This document shows positions 1-15,800 of a DNA stretch of 64,000 nt, in pieces. A model generated the notes under the pieces. That model was given only the letters and a program-made list of their open reading frames with translations, did not search any database and was not told where the DNA came from. Position 1 is the first letter of the stretch. Each line of letters begins with the position of its first letter. The position numbers and the translations under genes were made by a program. Origin of the DNA: Lama guanicoe (lineage: Eukaryota); NCBI GenBank assembly GCA_013239625.1, contig MU053557.1, positions 3,750,123-3,814,122 on the forward strand. The letters run 5' to 3'.

Positions 1-699
1 AACCAGGAGGGGGGGGGCGGGGGGGGGAAAGAAGGTGGGGAGGGGAAACGTCACGTGTAGAGCAAAGGGAACTACTTCAGTTACTTCACCTGAGTTGAAA
101 CCCCAGCACTGTCGACTGCTGTCAGGATCTTGGGCAAGTTACTTAACTACACTGTACCGGTGTTTCCGTATCTAAAAATGAGATTTGGATTAAAGAGCTT
201 CTTTCTGTGCTAAAATTCTGTGAGCCTGTGACAGCTGCGGGGGGGTGGAGGGAAGAAGTGTCTCATGCATGTCACACTTGATTTTTTTCCAGCTGAATGA
301 TTTTCGTAAGTCACGGTTTGCTGCCCTTCCTACACACAGCTACAGCACCCGAGGTTCCCTCCACCAAGACATTTAGCACATTGCATTTAAAATGTCTCTT
401 TGTCTGTATCGCCTAGTAGATTGCGAGCAAGTTGAGGGCAAGGACTGATTTCCCTTTGTTCTAGCGCATCACAGGTCATCCAGGTCTACTAATAAATGAG
501 TAAACAAGTAAATGAGTTCTGTACTTACCCATGTGAATTATACAGTACTTTCCGGTCTACTTCTGCATGGCTGGCACCGCTCTGGGTAGCTAGTGTGCAC
601 TGGGCAGACAGGCACTGGGTTCTATAAAATTTCTGCAAATAGTGTTGTGAGCATTACCATCAGGATGGTAAACGTCAAGTTCTTGTCCCTGTCCTTCAG

Positions 700-827
700 G
701 ATGTATGTAGTGCTTTTCGGCCTTATGTGAAGGATGGAAGACTTGGATGCACAAGGGAAAATGACCCAGTTCTCGGTCCTGATGGGAGGACGCATGGCAA
801 TAAGTGTGCGATGTGTGCTGAGCTGTT
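700..827 (+). CDS. SPINK5: SPINK5 exon (human exon 7 equivalent), domain D3
   Basis: ttcag|GATGTATGT...CTGTT|gtaagt, 128 nt, [42 protein letters not shown]. Confidence 0.95.
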
Positions 828-3800
828 GTAAGTATCATCATCCCCAAGCAGGCCAGCTCGTGGACCTGGTGAGGATGCACTTGGTTTCTGTGCTGAGAAC
901 CGGTCCACAGAGAGACGAAGTCCTATTCCTGAAGCATGTAATCCTTTGTCTTTATAAGATGAAAAAGTCCCTGCTCCCAGAGTGGTTTCTTCTAATTCGT
1001 ATTATCTGATAAAATTTCTTAAAAGGAGTGGATAAGGTGGTTAGGCTAGTTATTTAATTCAAGATTCTTAGTTTGTTTAATTATAATGACTTGGATACAG
1101 CGTTTTTTGAGGCACAATATGTTAAAATTAAAAAGGACTTTCTTGTGAAGTAATCGAGGTCAGTGACTTAACATGCGTTGTTTCATTCAGGCGTGTATAG
1201 GTACTCTTTCTGAAAATGAGTGTAATTTAAAATAAGAACAACAATGATAATAATGTCATGTGACTGAATTCATTATTAGTTTAAAAAGTGAGACTTTATA
1301 AAACTGTTGGGTAATCCTTCTCTGAGTGCCTGACACTGCTCTGAGCACTGAGACTCAAATATGAATAAGATTCAATCTTTAATATTCTGGCTGCTAAACA
1401 AAGCATAGATTCTCTAATCAATCTGCTAACAAGCCTTAAAGTGCTCTGTTTACATCACTAGATCTTTAAAATCAGGACAAAGAAAGATTTAACAGATTAA
1501 AAAAACTTCACACTTGTCTTTAAACAGTTCGCTGTTGTAGAATTCAAGGGCATGTCCTATCAGGTTTACAAATCTGTGACTTTAACTGGTTTCCAGACAG
1601 GGAATCATCCTAATTTCTACCTTTTTATCCAGGAGGCATGTACTTCTAGTGCTTAAGCTGCCCTGATTCTGTGATTTTCTCTTTGTTTTCATGCAGTAGC
1701 TAAAAAGGAGAATCTGACCTCCCTAACCCCTGGCTGGTTTCTTCCCATCCTTAGAACTAAGATAGTAACACCTATGTCCAAGTTGAGACTGCAAACAGAT
1801 AACAGATCCAAAAGGACTTAGAGACTCAGTTTATCATAGCCTTTATTAACAAGAATGCTTTTACATGAAGGCAGACATTTTACAAGGTATAAGAATTTAT
1901 ACGTACAGGTGTGGATGACATTATGTATTTCAAATGCTTAGTTTGGTTTCACCCTTGTCACAGCATTGTTTTAAAGCTGTTGGTTGTGCCTCTTAAAGTG
2001 AATTTTCCTGACAGTCTTCTGTTTGTCAATCAGGGAGTCACACCCATCCAGTTTTACAGAACAAAGCCTCTAATTGACTGGCTGTGAGTCACTTTCACAC
2101 CCATCCTTATCTTTGGCAATTTTCTGGCTCAAACATGCAAGACAGGGGAAAGCTTGTCTCTCCTAAGTGGATGGGTTCAGCAAATCAGAGCAAAGGATGT
2201 GAAAGTGCTTAGTACAGAACTGGACACTGAAAATATGATAAAGCCATAAACTGACCAACTATTTTCTTTTCTGAACAGCTTAAAAGAAGCTAAAGAAAAG
2301 GCCAAGCAAACAGGTGAAACCAAAATGCCACGAACCAAAATGCCACGAAGCGCTGAACAGGTAAATTCCTCATCAACACAGTTTGGTTCTTGTGGACATA
2401 AATATTAACAAACCTATACTTGAATCTCTAAGGTAATTCATTGTCCTTCATTACTACATTGAACTTTTCCCCTTAATTTTAAAGGTCCCCAAACTGAATT
2501 CCTAGTGCATTATTTTTGGCGTATAAATCATTAGATTCAAAGTTAAAACAGAATTTCCCACCTAAAGCTCAAAATATACAATTTCTCTCTCTGCTTAAAA
2601 AAAAACCAAGAATACAAGACAAAATTTATGCAAATTAAATTCTGCTTAATTTCCACCAGACTTCTTGACTTAGTGTAAATTAATTTTGCTTTGAATAAAT
2701 TAAAAAGCAACATAATATAAATTAGATAGGAATAACTTTAAAATTCCAGTCTTTTAAATAGTATATCCATTGCTGTATTTTATGTATAATCCCTTCGACA
2801 CAAATTGGAGTTACTCATTTTTCCATTATGGTTCTTATGCATTTATAAAGGTTATGCTTCTGATTAAACCAAAATCTCAAATATTGATACTGTGGTTTTT
2901 AAAAATACCCTTAAAATTAAGAGTTTTCAAATTATTCAATGATTTACTTTTTCAATCTAGTATAAAAAAATTATTCCTTTTATTAATTGACTAAGCATTG
3001 CAGGTAACAGCCTGGATTTCTTAAATCACCAAGGTTATTAAACACTACTTTCAGTGAGAATGACAGCAGTTACTTTGGTAAATGAGCACCTTTGTTAAGA
3101 CACCTGAGTTTTAGCCTTAGTTCCGTCAAGCTCTGGGTGTGTGAAACTGAGCAAGTCGTCTCTCCTCTCTGGGCCTCAATTTTCTTGTCAGTAAAATAAA
3201 GCAGCGGGATAAATGATCTCAGTTTTGACCTCCTGCGGGATTCTGATTCTGTGTCCTGCACCCTTTTGTGCTGCTGTAAGAATTCTGTGTTTGTGGATTG
3301 TAGGGCACATCTTCCTCATGGGAGATACAGGTCCAGTTTTTGGTAGCTGAGAGCTGACTTCCACGTCGTCATGCAGTCCAGTGAAGCAAATGTCCCGCCC
3401 TAAACAGGGCGATCAGAGTTTAAATTAAGAAACACAGAACATTCAAATTACCAGTAATCTGTTCAACATTCACTGAGATTTGAAAAGCAATTCTTTTTGT
3501 GGTGGTTGCTAAATTTAAGTCTAAAAGTTTGGGTCACCTTGTGATATTCACCATTTCATTTCTTCACCGTGAGGGGAGTGTTCTTTTCCCTTGTCTTCCA
3601 GCCCATCTCAGCGACCTTCCCGTCTTTCTCTGTGGCTGGGGTCATTGTTTTGGTGGGGTCACTGGATATGATTATGTTGAATAGGCCTGCTTTATAATGA
3701 TGGCTCAATATTTGCCCTGTAATTAACCTGTCAGTGAGGTGATCACTGAGTATTTCTTTAGAATCTCCTTGGATGAATCACAACTTATAAACTGAAATTG

Positions 3801-6800
3801 CCATTGTTTCTTTCATGGGAATCGCTGAGGATTAATTTTATTACCATGCTAGGATTATCAGGTGATATCTTCAGTGTCTGTATTCCTAGATCGTTACAGC
3901 CAGGAGGTTCGCAGCACACCCATTGCTCCTCCAAAATTAAGTATCTTCTCATTAGGAGGCAACTAGGATTCTCTTTTAAAGTGTCCTAATGAAATATGAG
4001 TTATTATTATCATTTTTTAATCAGAGGATGCAGGATCTAGGAAAGGTCCTAAAGAGGATCTATTCACAAAAACCTCCTTGGTGGTGAGACTGAAGTCTCA
4101 GAGGTGATGGGGTGTTGGCTGTGGTCTTCCAGTGAGGTAGAGCCACCAGCCTAGTTGCAGTTCTGACTCTAGAACCACACTCTTAAAAAAAAAAAAGTTT
4201 TTTTCTTTTTTTTTATTGAAGTATATAGTGAGTTTACAATGTTGTGTCAATTTCTGGTGCACAGCATAATAGTTCAGCCATACATATACATATATTCTTA
4301 TTCATTATAGGTTCCTATAAGATACTCAATATAATTTCCTATGCTATACAGTACAAACTTGTTTATTTTACATATAGTACTTAGTTTTAATTGAAGTTTT
4401 ATTCACACACAATATCATATTAGTTTCAGGTATACATCAGAGTGACTTGATATATATGTATACATTCAAAGTGGTCACCACAAAAAGTCTGGTTATGATC
4501 TGTCACCAAAGTTCTTACAATACTATTGACTCTGTTCCCTATGCTGTACGTAACATCTCCATGACATTTACTTTATACCTAGAAATGTGCACCTCTTAAT
4601 CCCCTTCACCTATTTTACCTGCCCTCCCACCCGCGACTCCCCTCTGGCAACCACTAGTTTGTTCTCTGTTTCTACGAGTCTGTTTCTCTTTTGTTTGTTC
4701 CTTTGCTTTGCTGTAGATTCCACATGTAAGTGAAGTTACATGGTAATTACCTTCACTGTGTGTCTTATTTCACTTAGCATGATACCCTCTAATACCCCTC
4801 CATGTCACCACAAATGGCAAGATTTCATTTTTTCATGGCTAATATTCAAAAGCATATACGTGTGTACAGCGTATATACTTATTATTTCTTTATCCTTTCA
4901 TTTATTGATGGACATGTAGGTTGCTTCCATATGTTGACTATTGTAAATAATGCTCCAGTGAATAAACCATACTCTTTATGGTCATAGTTCTGTTTTTTTT
5001 TTTTTTTTTGGCTGAAATAGGAAGATGAGTCATACAGCTGAAGAAGTCTATAGAGAAGGATTTTTTTTTATCGGTTATATGCTATCACAAAATGTTTATT
5101 GAAATAGATTCCCAAATCTAGAATAATTAGATATATTTATAAATACATATATATATGTGTGTATATATTTTAAAGTATAATTAAGTAGTATTTTGATAAG
5201 AAAAATATGTTTCTATATATTATGTAAAATTAAATATAAGTGTTTTGGTATACATACATTTGTTTATATATATTTTAGCCCTCATCAAACAGAATTTTCA
5301 AAATACAGAGAAACCTGAAAATAATGAATCAAAGCATCAATCAGGAAAACTGTGTATAAACATATCCTGCATTTGGGAGGAAGCACAACCTTTTTAAGAT
5401 TTTCTAAGTAAAGATTAGCCTTAATGGTCTACATTTCTACACGGGGAGTGAAGGAAAATTAGATCACTCTGAAGTTTCTGCCTGCAGTGTTAGAAACAAA
5501 CACTGATAGAGGAGGCAGAGTACATAAAATGACCCACAGATCCATGGAGAAAACAAACCAGACTAAGCATGATGCTGCAGGATGCCTTCTGACTCCTTTT
5601 TCCTTGCAAACCAAGTAGACTGTTCTTGACTTGTTCCATATTAAGTAGGTTTTGAATGTTTTGAACATCTTATCTCACAGATTCTATATTCTTTTCATTG
5701 GCACCATTTTTTTTTGTTTGTTTGTCTTGGCTGCAACATTTTGTTGTGTCTTTGTTGGAACCCCATGACAGATCTATTATTTATTATCTTTTCATGGATT
5801 TGAAAGTTAACAAGAACTATCTTGTTTTAGGAACTGTTTGCTGAGCCTTATTCTTTTCTAGGCTCTTTTATCTTTTAATAAATATACTTCATAGTAGATA
5901 CAGGTACCGAATAATTTGACAATGCAATTACTATTTCTCAGTAATTCTCAATATGTCGTGTTCACCATTTCTCATCAATATGAAAGTGTTTACCAATCCC
6001 TTCTAGCTATGACATTCTTTGACTTTAAATCTATGATGGACATTTTCTAGATAAAGGAGTAGAAAAGTGCTAAAGGTAATTATTTGTCTTTTTAAAGAAT
6101 CTCTGTAAGGAATATGAAAGCCAAGTGAGGGATGGAAGACTTTTCTGTACGCGGGAGAGCGACCCCATCCGCGGCCCTGATGGCAAGATGCATGGCAACA
6201 AGTGTGCCCTGTGTGCTGAAATCTTGTGAGTATAGCTGTGATCTCTGGAGTGATTCAAAAGGTGAAGCAGAGAGATTGACTAAAAGGATGAGTAAGAGCA
6301 AAGCTGATGGCAAGATTTGTTTTGAGAATTTTTGAGCAAGTTTTATGTCCTCTACCAATCATAATTAACACCTAAGATGTAGGCCCGAATGCTGTATATT
6401 TATTTTTGAATACAGGCGGATTCTAATTTCCAGTACAATGACTGGATTACGAAATACTTCTTAACATTCCTTTTGTGACCTTTGTAAGTCTTTTTATGAG
6501 CTAGTCATCCTACTGAATGAGGGTAAAAGCAATTACCAAGGCTTTGATTTTTTTTCCTTCAATAATCACCCCATTGTGACAGAATAGATGTGATGCCCAC
6601 AAAAAAATTCATGTTCATATGCAAATTGGATTAACTTTATCTTTCCATCTTGGACATCTGACCTTGGGGGCAGAGCAACATATAAATTACGGCATTCGTG
6701 AAGACATCTCAGACAAGGGCTCATCCACCTTCTTTCAGACCTTTGAACTCTATAAGCTCTTTCCTGTACACTTTCCTGCTGCCTACAGTTCTTCTGTCTT

Positions 6801-9800
6801 GGCCAGCTAATATCTCCTCTGTGGACTGCATTTCAAGATTACCTTTCCTTGGATAAGATCTCCTAAAATCCCTGATTGAAATTCAATCCTTGTAACACTT
6901 AGTAATTTTATTTTGTAACAATCATCACGTTTGGTATTTGTAAAATCATTTGTAGGATTATTTGTCGACTCTCAGTCTTCTCCACTGGTCTATAAGGGCT
7001 GAGAAGACAGGGTATGTGCTTATATTGTGAACTACTGTACTATATGTCCAGGGCGCTGGCCACTGCTTGCCAAAAAATAATTACTAACTAAATGTTGAAT
7101 AAATGAGTGAATGAATGAATGTATGAATGAAGATCCCTGCTCTCAAAAAGCTTAAGGCTAATAGCAAAAATAATCCTTAGACGCACACACACACCCCCCT
7201 TGCAAAACATGAAAATTATCCTATGAGAGAAGAAAATTCAGGTATGAAAACACACTGAAAGATGTGGAACTCATTTCCACTTTGACATGTGGGATGTCTT
7301 CTTAAAGAAGGTAGAATTTAAGCTGGTGAGATTTAAAAGGGAAGATAAAAAAAAAAGATTGTTACAGTGGAAGGAAATGGCAAACATGACAGCAAAATGA
7401 AAGGAGTTCTTTGGGAAAATAGTGAAGATCTCAGTTTAATAAGGGGCTTCAAGGTGATTTGAAAATGTTTGTTCTAAAACTCAGGAACACTTAGCTGTTT
7501 TGCTGCTTGCACCTAAATGGCCATTTTGTAGCATGAAGATTCAAAACATCTATATTCATTGACTTATTCTTGTTTCTTTCTCCAGCAAACAGCGCTTTTT
7601 AGAAGAAAAAAATAAAACAGATGAAAACCTGAGAAAGGCTGAAGAAAAAGTTAAAGTTAAAAGAGAAACTGAGGTGAGGGTAAGTTTGATCAATTCAGTT
7701 ATGACTTTTGTGGTGGGTATGTGTGTATTTTACTCTAAAAAGCATTTTCAGTATTTATTTTTCTTTTACGACTAATGGGTTTTCTAGAAATTAATCTGTA
7801 GTTATTTTGTAAGATTTAGAATAATTATGGCATTTATAATTTTTAGCTCTATTTGGAGGAAATTAAATCATATTAGTAAAATAATTTCACACTCCTAATG
7901 AAGGTGATATATCAAAGCTTTATCTAAATTCAAAGTTTGATAAATATTCTTCTCCAGATGTGTGACAGTTGTTTTGGAGGTTTTCATTTCAAAAGCAATA
8001 CCAGTGTAAAATTTTAATATGCTCCCTTTAAAATCGTACTACATTCTATTTTTCAAACATCTCTCAGATAGTCCTCTGCCTTTTTTCTAGTGCTACCATT
8101 TTAGCTCAGATACCTACTGTCTCCTTTGTATGGATGCATTAGCATCCTTCCTGTTCTCTGTACTTCTAGCCAACATTTTCAATCAAGATTCATCTCCCAT
8201 GCTGTTCTCAAAGAGTAGGAAATATTTCCATGAACCAATGGCATTATAAAAATCTAACACTTAAAGGTGTTCTAGAGTGTATGTGGATCATTCCACTCCA
8301 TGAAGAAACCCTATTTAACTTGTTTCTTACAGAGAGTTATCCCACCCACTATGATGTACAGTTCACAGTTTCATAAAATAGTCTGTTCCATTAGTTCACC
8401 TTTTGCCCTCACGTAACTCTACCTTATTGCGGAGGCCTCTTCCAACTGCTTTCATCTCTTCAATCCTAGGTTACAAAGTCCTTTTAATTTTAGTTGTCAC
8501 ATATCCCTTGACTATCCTTTTATCTTTCATTTCCAATTTTTCCCTTTCTCTCTCTCTCCCTTCTGTTCTTTTTCTCTTCCTTCTTTTTCTTTCTTTCTTT
8601 GATCTTTTCCTTCCCCCACCCTTCCTCTCATCCTTCCCCCCTCCCTCCCTTCCTTTCTTTTCTTCTATGGTTTCCCTAACTTCAGACTTTAGTGACTTAA
8701 ATCCTTCACACATCTGACTGGATAGTCTTTATAAAACAAAGATTTGATTATGTCCTTCTCTGCTATAAATATCATTTTCCCATGTCCTAAGAATAAAGTC
8801 CAAATTCCTTTCAAAGTTTAGTGGTGTGATATTGGTTTATCTTCAAGGTCCCCTCTTTGACCAACTAATTATTTAGTCACTATACCCATGGCTGTAATAA
8901 ATTACATCAAAATAATGTGTTCTCTTCTGCCTCTATGTCTCTGCATATCAGAATTCCTCTTGGAAGCCCGTTTTGACATGTTGTTTTCCTACCCATATCC
9001 TAAAGAGACAACTCAGACATAAGCTCTTCTGTGAACTTCCTTGAACATTCTTTCCTTTGAGCTGCTACACACTTAATTTAGACCTTGGTCAATTCTGATA
9101 GGTTTTTATATTGCAATTCCTTATTCTTTTTACTTGATATAAAGAGCTAGATCACATTCATACTTAACCCCTTTAATGTAATAGATTTGTTGAATAGTTA
9201 AATGAATGAATATTACAAGAGAAATATCACAAAATTTCTGGGTAATCCTAAATCCTAAAAGTTTTATTTTTTATCCTTAATTCCTCTTTTCCAGTTATCT
9301 TTGATAAAGAGCATCTATAACTTATAAGCAGAGAACCATACCTAAACTGTCTCATTTTCATTATTCAGAAACTCTGCAGTCAATTTCAGGATCATGCAAA
9401 GGACGGAATACTTTTCTGTACCAGAGAAAATGACCCTGTTCGTGGTCCAGACGGGAAAATGCATGGCAACTTGTGTTCCATGTGTCAAGCCTTCTAGTGA
9501 GTACAGAGTTTTAGAATGCCCAGGAGGGAAGGGACCCTACAGTAATCTAATAGAACTAGCTTGTTTCACAGATGGGGAAACTGTGGCTTGGAATTGGGAA
9601 GGGAGTTGAAGAAGCTACACTGAGAATGTTAGTAACAGAGCTGGGGTTAAGTGCCTACAGCTATTTATTCCAGGATGTCTGTTTTCCCCGAGCACTCATT
9701 CTCTTAGCGCTGGGATATCCTGACTGGTGCAAATATCACATTCTCCCCTACTGCTGAAGCTCACGTGTGAACCTGTTGTACAAGTTTGTAGGCATCTCAT

Positions 9801-12800
9801 CTTCCAGAGGGGTTAGGACCCAAAGTTAACCCTTACTGCAGAAAATGATTATTAAAGCTGCCTATGAAACCACCATGAAAAAAAAATTACAGTGAATGTT
9901 ACTTTATATAGTGTGACATTTCTCAATAAGTTATAACTGAGTTTGGTTTCAGAATTTGAGATTCCTCTCAGTTTATCTGGTTGAGCTGGGATTAAATAGT
10001 TGACTTACATTTAAAATCTATGGCCTTTTGTTTTGTCTGACAACCATGTTTGGTTGAAATGCCATCAGTTAACTGTACGTATCCTCCAATTCCATTGTAC
10101 AAAGCAAACCTAGGCTCACTTAGTTTATCAATGTATGGAAATTATTGGCCTTTTTCAGCCTGCCTTACATTGCCTTTTATATAACACAGCCGTGAGTAAG
10201 CAATACACGTAAATTGAATTAATCAAGTTAATGTGCGCATGATGCGGTGGAAAGAGCATAGGCTTGAGGGGAGAAAGCTTAGTTGTCGTTTCCTGACAGT
10301 GTAGCCAAAGCCCTCACTGCCTCACCTTCTCCCTGTGGAACAAGGGGACTAGTCCGTGTGCTGTGTGAAGGCCACTTTCAGTCTCCAGGTGCAACGTCAT
10401 GACGGTACTTGTTTTGATACCTCTTTGGTGAGCACTGATGGTGTTTCTTTTCTGACCACAGCCAAGAAAGGTAATTTCCAGAAAGCAAGTTTTCCAGACC
10501 CATAGTTATTCCTATCTTTCAGGGTTAAGCAGAAACTCTAAAGAAGTTACGGTATCTTAGCAGACTTGGGCTGCTCTGTCGCCTGTCACTGATACGCAGT
10601 GATAAAGGGGCAATGTTGCTGCTTCCTCAGGAGGGGGCACAGACTAGCGATGCAGGAATGTGGAGAAACCACTGCCTGGGTTTGGCCCTATGGCTCCCTT
10701 TGGCTTTCTCTCTCATTCAGCCAAGCAGAAGCTGAAGAAAAGAAAAAGGCTGAAGCAAAAGCAAGAAATAAAAGACAACCTGGAAAAGCACCCTCATACG
10801 CAGTGAGTAGACTATAATTTGAACACACTTCAAAGAGCCTCAAGGCTGGAATATTGCCCTGCGAAAATTCTCAGAAAATCCTAACCCTTCAATCTGGGGA
10901 TGACACCGAGATGAATGCTATAGGAGACTGATCAACTCTTGCTGCTTCAGAGACCAACTCTGTACGATAAAAAGAACTTATTTGAAGTTTGAAAAACTCA
11001 GGACTAGTTCTAGTTTCATCACTTATGGACTGTGCTCACTTCTGCTAACCACCTTCCAGAGACACTTTGTGTACATTTTCTACGTGTGAATTTTTAAAAT
11101 TTCACATCTGAGCTGAGTTAAAAATAGCTTGCACACACACACACACACAAAACATGGTTTTGGCCTTTGAAATGTTACAATATTTCCATGGCCTTATATA
11201 AGTTAGCCTAACCTTTTATTTAGATGATAGAGTCTCCTAATCTTCCCTCTAGGTTCTATTCCTTTTCTTATCCAAACACCCTCCCTAACGAAGCTAGAGT
11301 AAAGTTTGAAAATATTAACCAGATCACAACACTGCTCTTCGCTCTCCTTAAAATGCACAAATAGCTCATTATTCACTAAAAGATGCATTTCCGTCTCCTT
11401 ATCTCTTTCCTTATTTAGCGCCTTACCCTCATTCAGAAATTTATGTTCTGCTATACACCGTATAGTTTCCAACCTGCGCTTCTCAGCTTATTTTAGCCAT
11501 CTAAAATGCGTATTTCTCAACCAGGAAAATCCAATTTACTCGTCATAGTCTCACACAAATTATTCCAGTTCCTCGACACCGTCCCTGATTTCCACAATCC
11601 CATTTCATGATCCCAACCTCTGAGTTCGCAGGTTCTCTTGTACCTGTAAGTTTGCACTTACTTTACCGTTTAGATTATGGTGGAGTTCACTTGTCTACCT
11701 CTTACTTTATTCTGTGCCGTCCTATTACGTCTTATTTATTTCCATCCCTTAGCCAATCACGAGTTCTGTTTGCTGAACTGAATTTTGCGAAACTGAAATA
11801 CGCGAAAGAAACACAGCTAAAATCTTGGGCTCAAAGATGAGTTTCTACCAGTGTAGATGTTGCAAACTTCTGCTTTGAATGGGAATGAAATGCATGTCCA
11901 AATTACTTCATCTTGGCAGGAGCTGTGCAGTGAATATCGAAAGTTGCTGAGAAATGGAAAATTGCCCTGCACCAGAGAGAACGACCCCATCCAGGGCCCA
12001 GACGGGAAGATGCACGGCAACACCTGCTCCATGTGTGAGGCCTTCTTGTGAGTAGTTGTGCAGCTGGAAAGATGAGGGGAGGGGTTTGTCCTTCTGCTTC
12101 ACGTTTTTTTTGAGCTTTATTATATTTTGTTTCTTAAATTGTGTCTGTTTCTTGTCGATGGCATTTTGTGACACATTTTTGCACAGTGTAATAATTAGCA
12201 AAGAATGATTCCTACGTATAATCACTGAGTTCCTGTGGAAGTGGAAACAATATAAAACAAGGATCTGACTCTTGCAGAGCAGGATATGAAATCACAAGAC
12301 AAAGCACAAGCATTTCAATATGCCAAATCAGTTCATACCCAGCATATAATATGGAATATATATGTGTTTATATAAACTGTAATAATTAAATGACATTTGC
12401 GTATTTCAGATCACATTCAGTCTGGAGACTCTATGATTCTTACTCATCTCTTTTTAAAATCACTTTCTTTTAGCCAAGCAGAGAAAAAAGAAAAGAAACA
12501 GAAGGAAGCAGAATCAAGAAACAAAAGGCAATCTGAGAATACAGCTTCCTTTGAGGTGAGGGGACCTTCTCTAACAAGTCGGAGGCATATGGACCTGGGG
12601 ACCATAGATGGCATTCAGAGAACCCCAACACTCCCTGAAACTGTATGAAGCATTTACACAGTTTGTGTCGGTGTTTGTTTATAGGTGTGCGTGTACACAT
12701 GTGCATATGTGACTATTTCTAGGTTGAGGGTCTGTAACTTGTATCATTTAAAAATATCCATGTCTTCAAACTTAAGAACTATTCTAAATTAGCCAATTGC

Positions 12801-15800
12801 TGACCCCATTTAAGAAAAAAAAGTCTACACTACAGCTCTTTCTGCGGTCTAATCCGACCTGTGTTCAGTACTTCAAACTTGCCTCCTTGATGTCACAGGA
12901 GCTGTGCAGTGAATACCGCAAATCTAGGAAGAATGGACAGCTGCTCTGCACCAGAGAGAATGACCCCATCAAGGGCCCAGACGGGAAGATGCACGGCAAC
13001 ACCTGCTCCATGTGTGAGGCCTTCTTGTGAGTAGAGCTCAGGGCTTCTGAGGGGGTGGGGACACCTGCTAAGGGAAGTGTTCACATAACAGTGCATAATA
13101 CATTTTCCTCTTCAATGTAGCATTCAGTTTGGGGTGTCACATTTAAATGTACTGAAAAACAAACTAACAAATCACAAAATCTAAAAGCAGGTGGAGAGCT
13201 TTCAGATGATAACTACCGAGCTATAAAGAGACGCAAAATAGCTTCAGGACATTTCAGAAGGAACTCAGAATCCGTTTTTCAGAGAAGAGAATACTCTATG
13301 ATAATACTAATTGCTTTTCGTTTTCTGAAGGATTGTCAGCTGAAATAGGAAATACATGCGATTACTTGTAATGTATCACTATGGTGCAGGGCAAATTTTG
13401 GGAGTTTGTTTTGGTTCGGTTCACTATTTTCCTTTCTACTCATTGTGTGTGACCTCAAGAATAGAATTAAAAGTGATGAGATGTATAGGGAGACAGATTT
13501 GAGCACAATATGAAGATGGATGTTGCAACACAGTAGAGGAAGGCTGCTTCAGGAATGATGATATTAATGTGCAGGAGTTGGATACCCATACAGGGGACTA
13601 AAGTCTGCCTTTAGAATAGGTAAAACGGTGTATTCTCTCCAACAAGAGTCTATGATATTCTTTAAGTCTTTTAACCTTTGTCCCAAGGGATACTCTAATT
13701 TTCTATAAGCCCAGAACCTCTGAAAGGATTCAGTCACTCAGTCTTCCCTGGTGGAGAGCAATATAACCCAACAGACGTGTCCCGCAGTGTCGGTGAGCCA
13801 GAGCAGCATGAAAAATCTGTTGGGCTGAAGTCAAAACGATGACCATAGTGTTACCATAACCAACATTTACTGAAGGCATGTAACTGGCATATACTAGCTA
13901 AGGGCTTTGCTCCCTAATCTCATTTAATCTTCACAACAAAATGAAATGGGTTCTGCATTATCACAAGTTACAGATGGAAAAATTAAGGCCCAGAGAAGAT
14001 GAGAATGAGGAAAATTTCGGCAAAGGGAAAATAAAGTATTTCTCATTGTAGGGTTTAGACAGGGCATACTTATTTAGCAAAGCTATTATCAACTTCAGGT
14101 AGTTGCACTTGCCTGTATTTAGGTTTCTTTTTTCCATCTGTTTTCTTTACCATTACTCTTTCAGCGAAAGGAAGTCATTCTGCCACCTAGTGGTCAGCTC
14201 TGCTGTTTCCTCTGATAAGTTTCCATTATGAAAAGAAAATGCTTCTTAAATTTTAGTCAACTTAGACTCATGGTAAAATTTACATCAGTTTAGATCAGTC
14301 TCCATATAAAGAAGTATAAGAAACCCCACAATTTTGCAGCTATTTTAGTTATTTTCTTCCATCAATATAAAAATTCTTTATCAAACTAAGGTTTTATTAC
14401 CTCATATTTAATGGATATGTTAGTAAAGGCTATTGACTTTCTTAAGAATCGTACTCCCCTCCATAATCATTTCCTGCACACTTTCAAAGCATACACAAAT
14501 AGTTTTTTAAAAGTTTCAGTTTGCTCAATGAGCAATTTTTATGTTGATTGGAACATAATAAAACATTTTAACAAGTTATTTAATATTTTTTGTCTCTACA
14601 ACATGACTGAATTATTTGCATTATACATCCAGTTATGCTATAGACTGAGTATATTAACTAACAGTGTTGCAAGTTGAGTTTCTCATTTTATTTCCATCAA
14701 ATGCCTATTTTTGGAGGGCTCACTTTAAAAAATGATTACAGTGCTGATGATACCAATCATTTACATCGATCACTTTATTATGTCCCAGATACTTATTCTA
14801 ATTGCTTTACATGTATATCAACTCAGTTAATGCTCACAACAGTCCCATGAAAAAAGTATTCTTAATACCTCTCCTATCCCCCCGCTCCCTTTCCCCATTT
14901 ATAGATGAGGAAGGCAGAGAGAGGTTAAGACACATTTTGTGTTCCTTATTCAGTCTGGCTGCAGAGTTTCTTCTTAATCACCATGTTGTACTGCCTCCCA
15001 GAAACCAAATACCACCACTTTATAAACAGTTTGCATCTTTTTCACATGCGAAAGAATCAGCAAATAAAGTCTTAAATTGCAGTCTGTTTGCTGGGAAGCT
15101 AAATAGGTTTACTCATTAATTAAGGGATATTTTCTTGCATATCATTCTCTTGAGATGTGATAAATCAATCTGTTACCCAAAAATATACAAATTACTATGA
15201 GTGGATCTTTGGAGTTGCTTGACGATAGTCAAAGCAATGAATGATCAACTTGTGAATGTTAAGTTATCTACCTCCCTACCATATTAAGATTCATTTCTGC
15301 TTTCTCTCTCTCTCTCTTTTTTTTTTTCCTGTTTCGTATAGTCAACAAGAAGAAAAAGCAAGAAAAAAGGCTAAAAGAGAAACTGCGGGGGTAATTATCT
15401 CAGGAATGTTCATGTTATACCAACATTTTTTTCTCTTCTCTATACCTTTATTTTAGATATATCCTTCTTAGCTTTCATGTGTTTTTTCCTCTTTTTTCTC
15501 AGCCTTTTAAAGGTAAATGAAGACTCACAGTGTTCTTTTTTTGCCTGCATATTATTTTTAAAATGTCTAGCTTTATTGAGATATGATTGGCATTTAACAC
15601 TGTGTAAGTTTGTGTAGCTTGTTGATTTGGTACATTTCTGTACTGCAAAATCATTGCCCCCGTAGTGCTGGATAACAATTCCATCATGTCACATAACTAC
15701 ATTTGTATTTTGTGATGAGAACATTTAAGACCTACCCTCGTAGCACCTTTCAGGTATATAACACAGCGTGGTTAACTGCAGTCACCATGTTGTACGTTAG

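Noticed and set aside
5..45. G-rich run with quadruplex-forming potential
   Set aside because: Short intronic low-complexity tract at the window edge with no functional context.
8403..8717. Hydrophobic + strand and Lys/Arg/Glu-rich - strand ORFs
   Set aside because: Translation of a polypyrimidine low-complexity tract.
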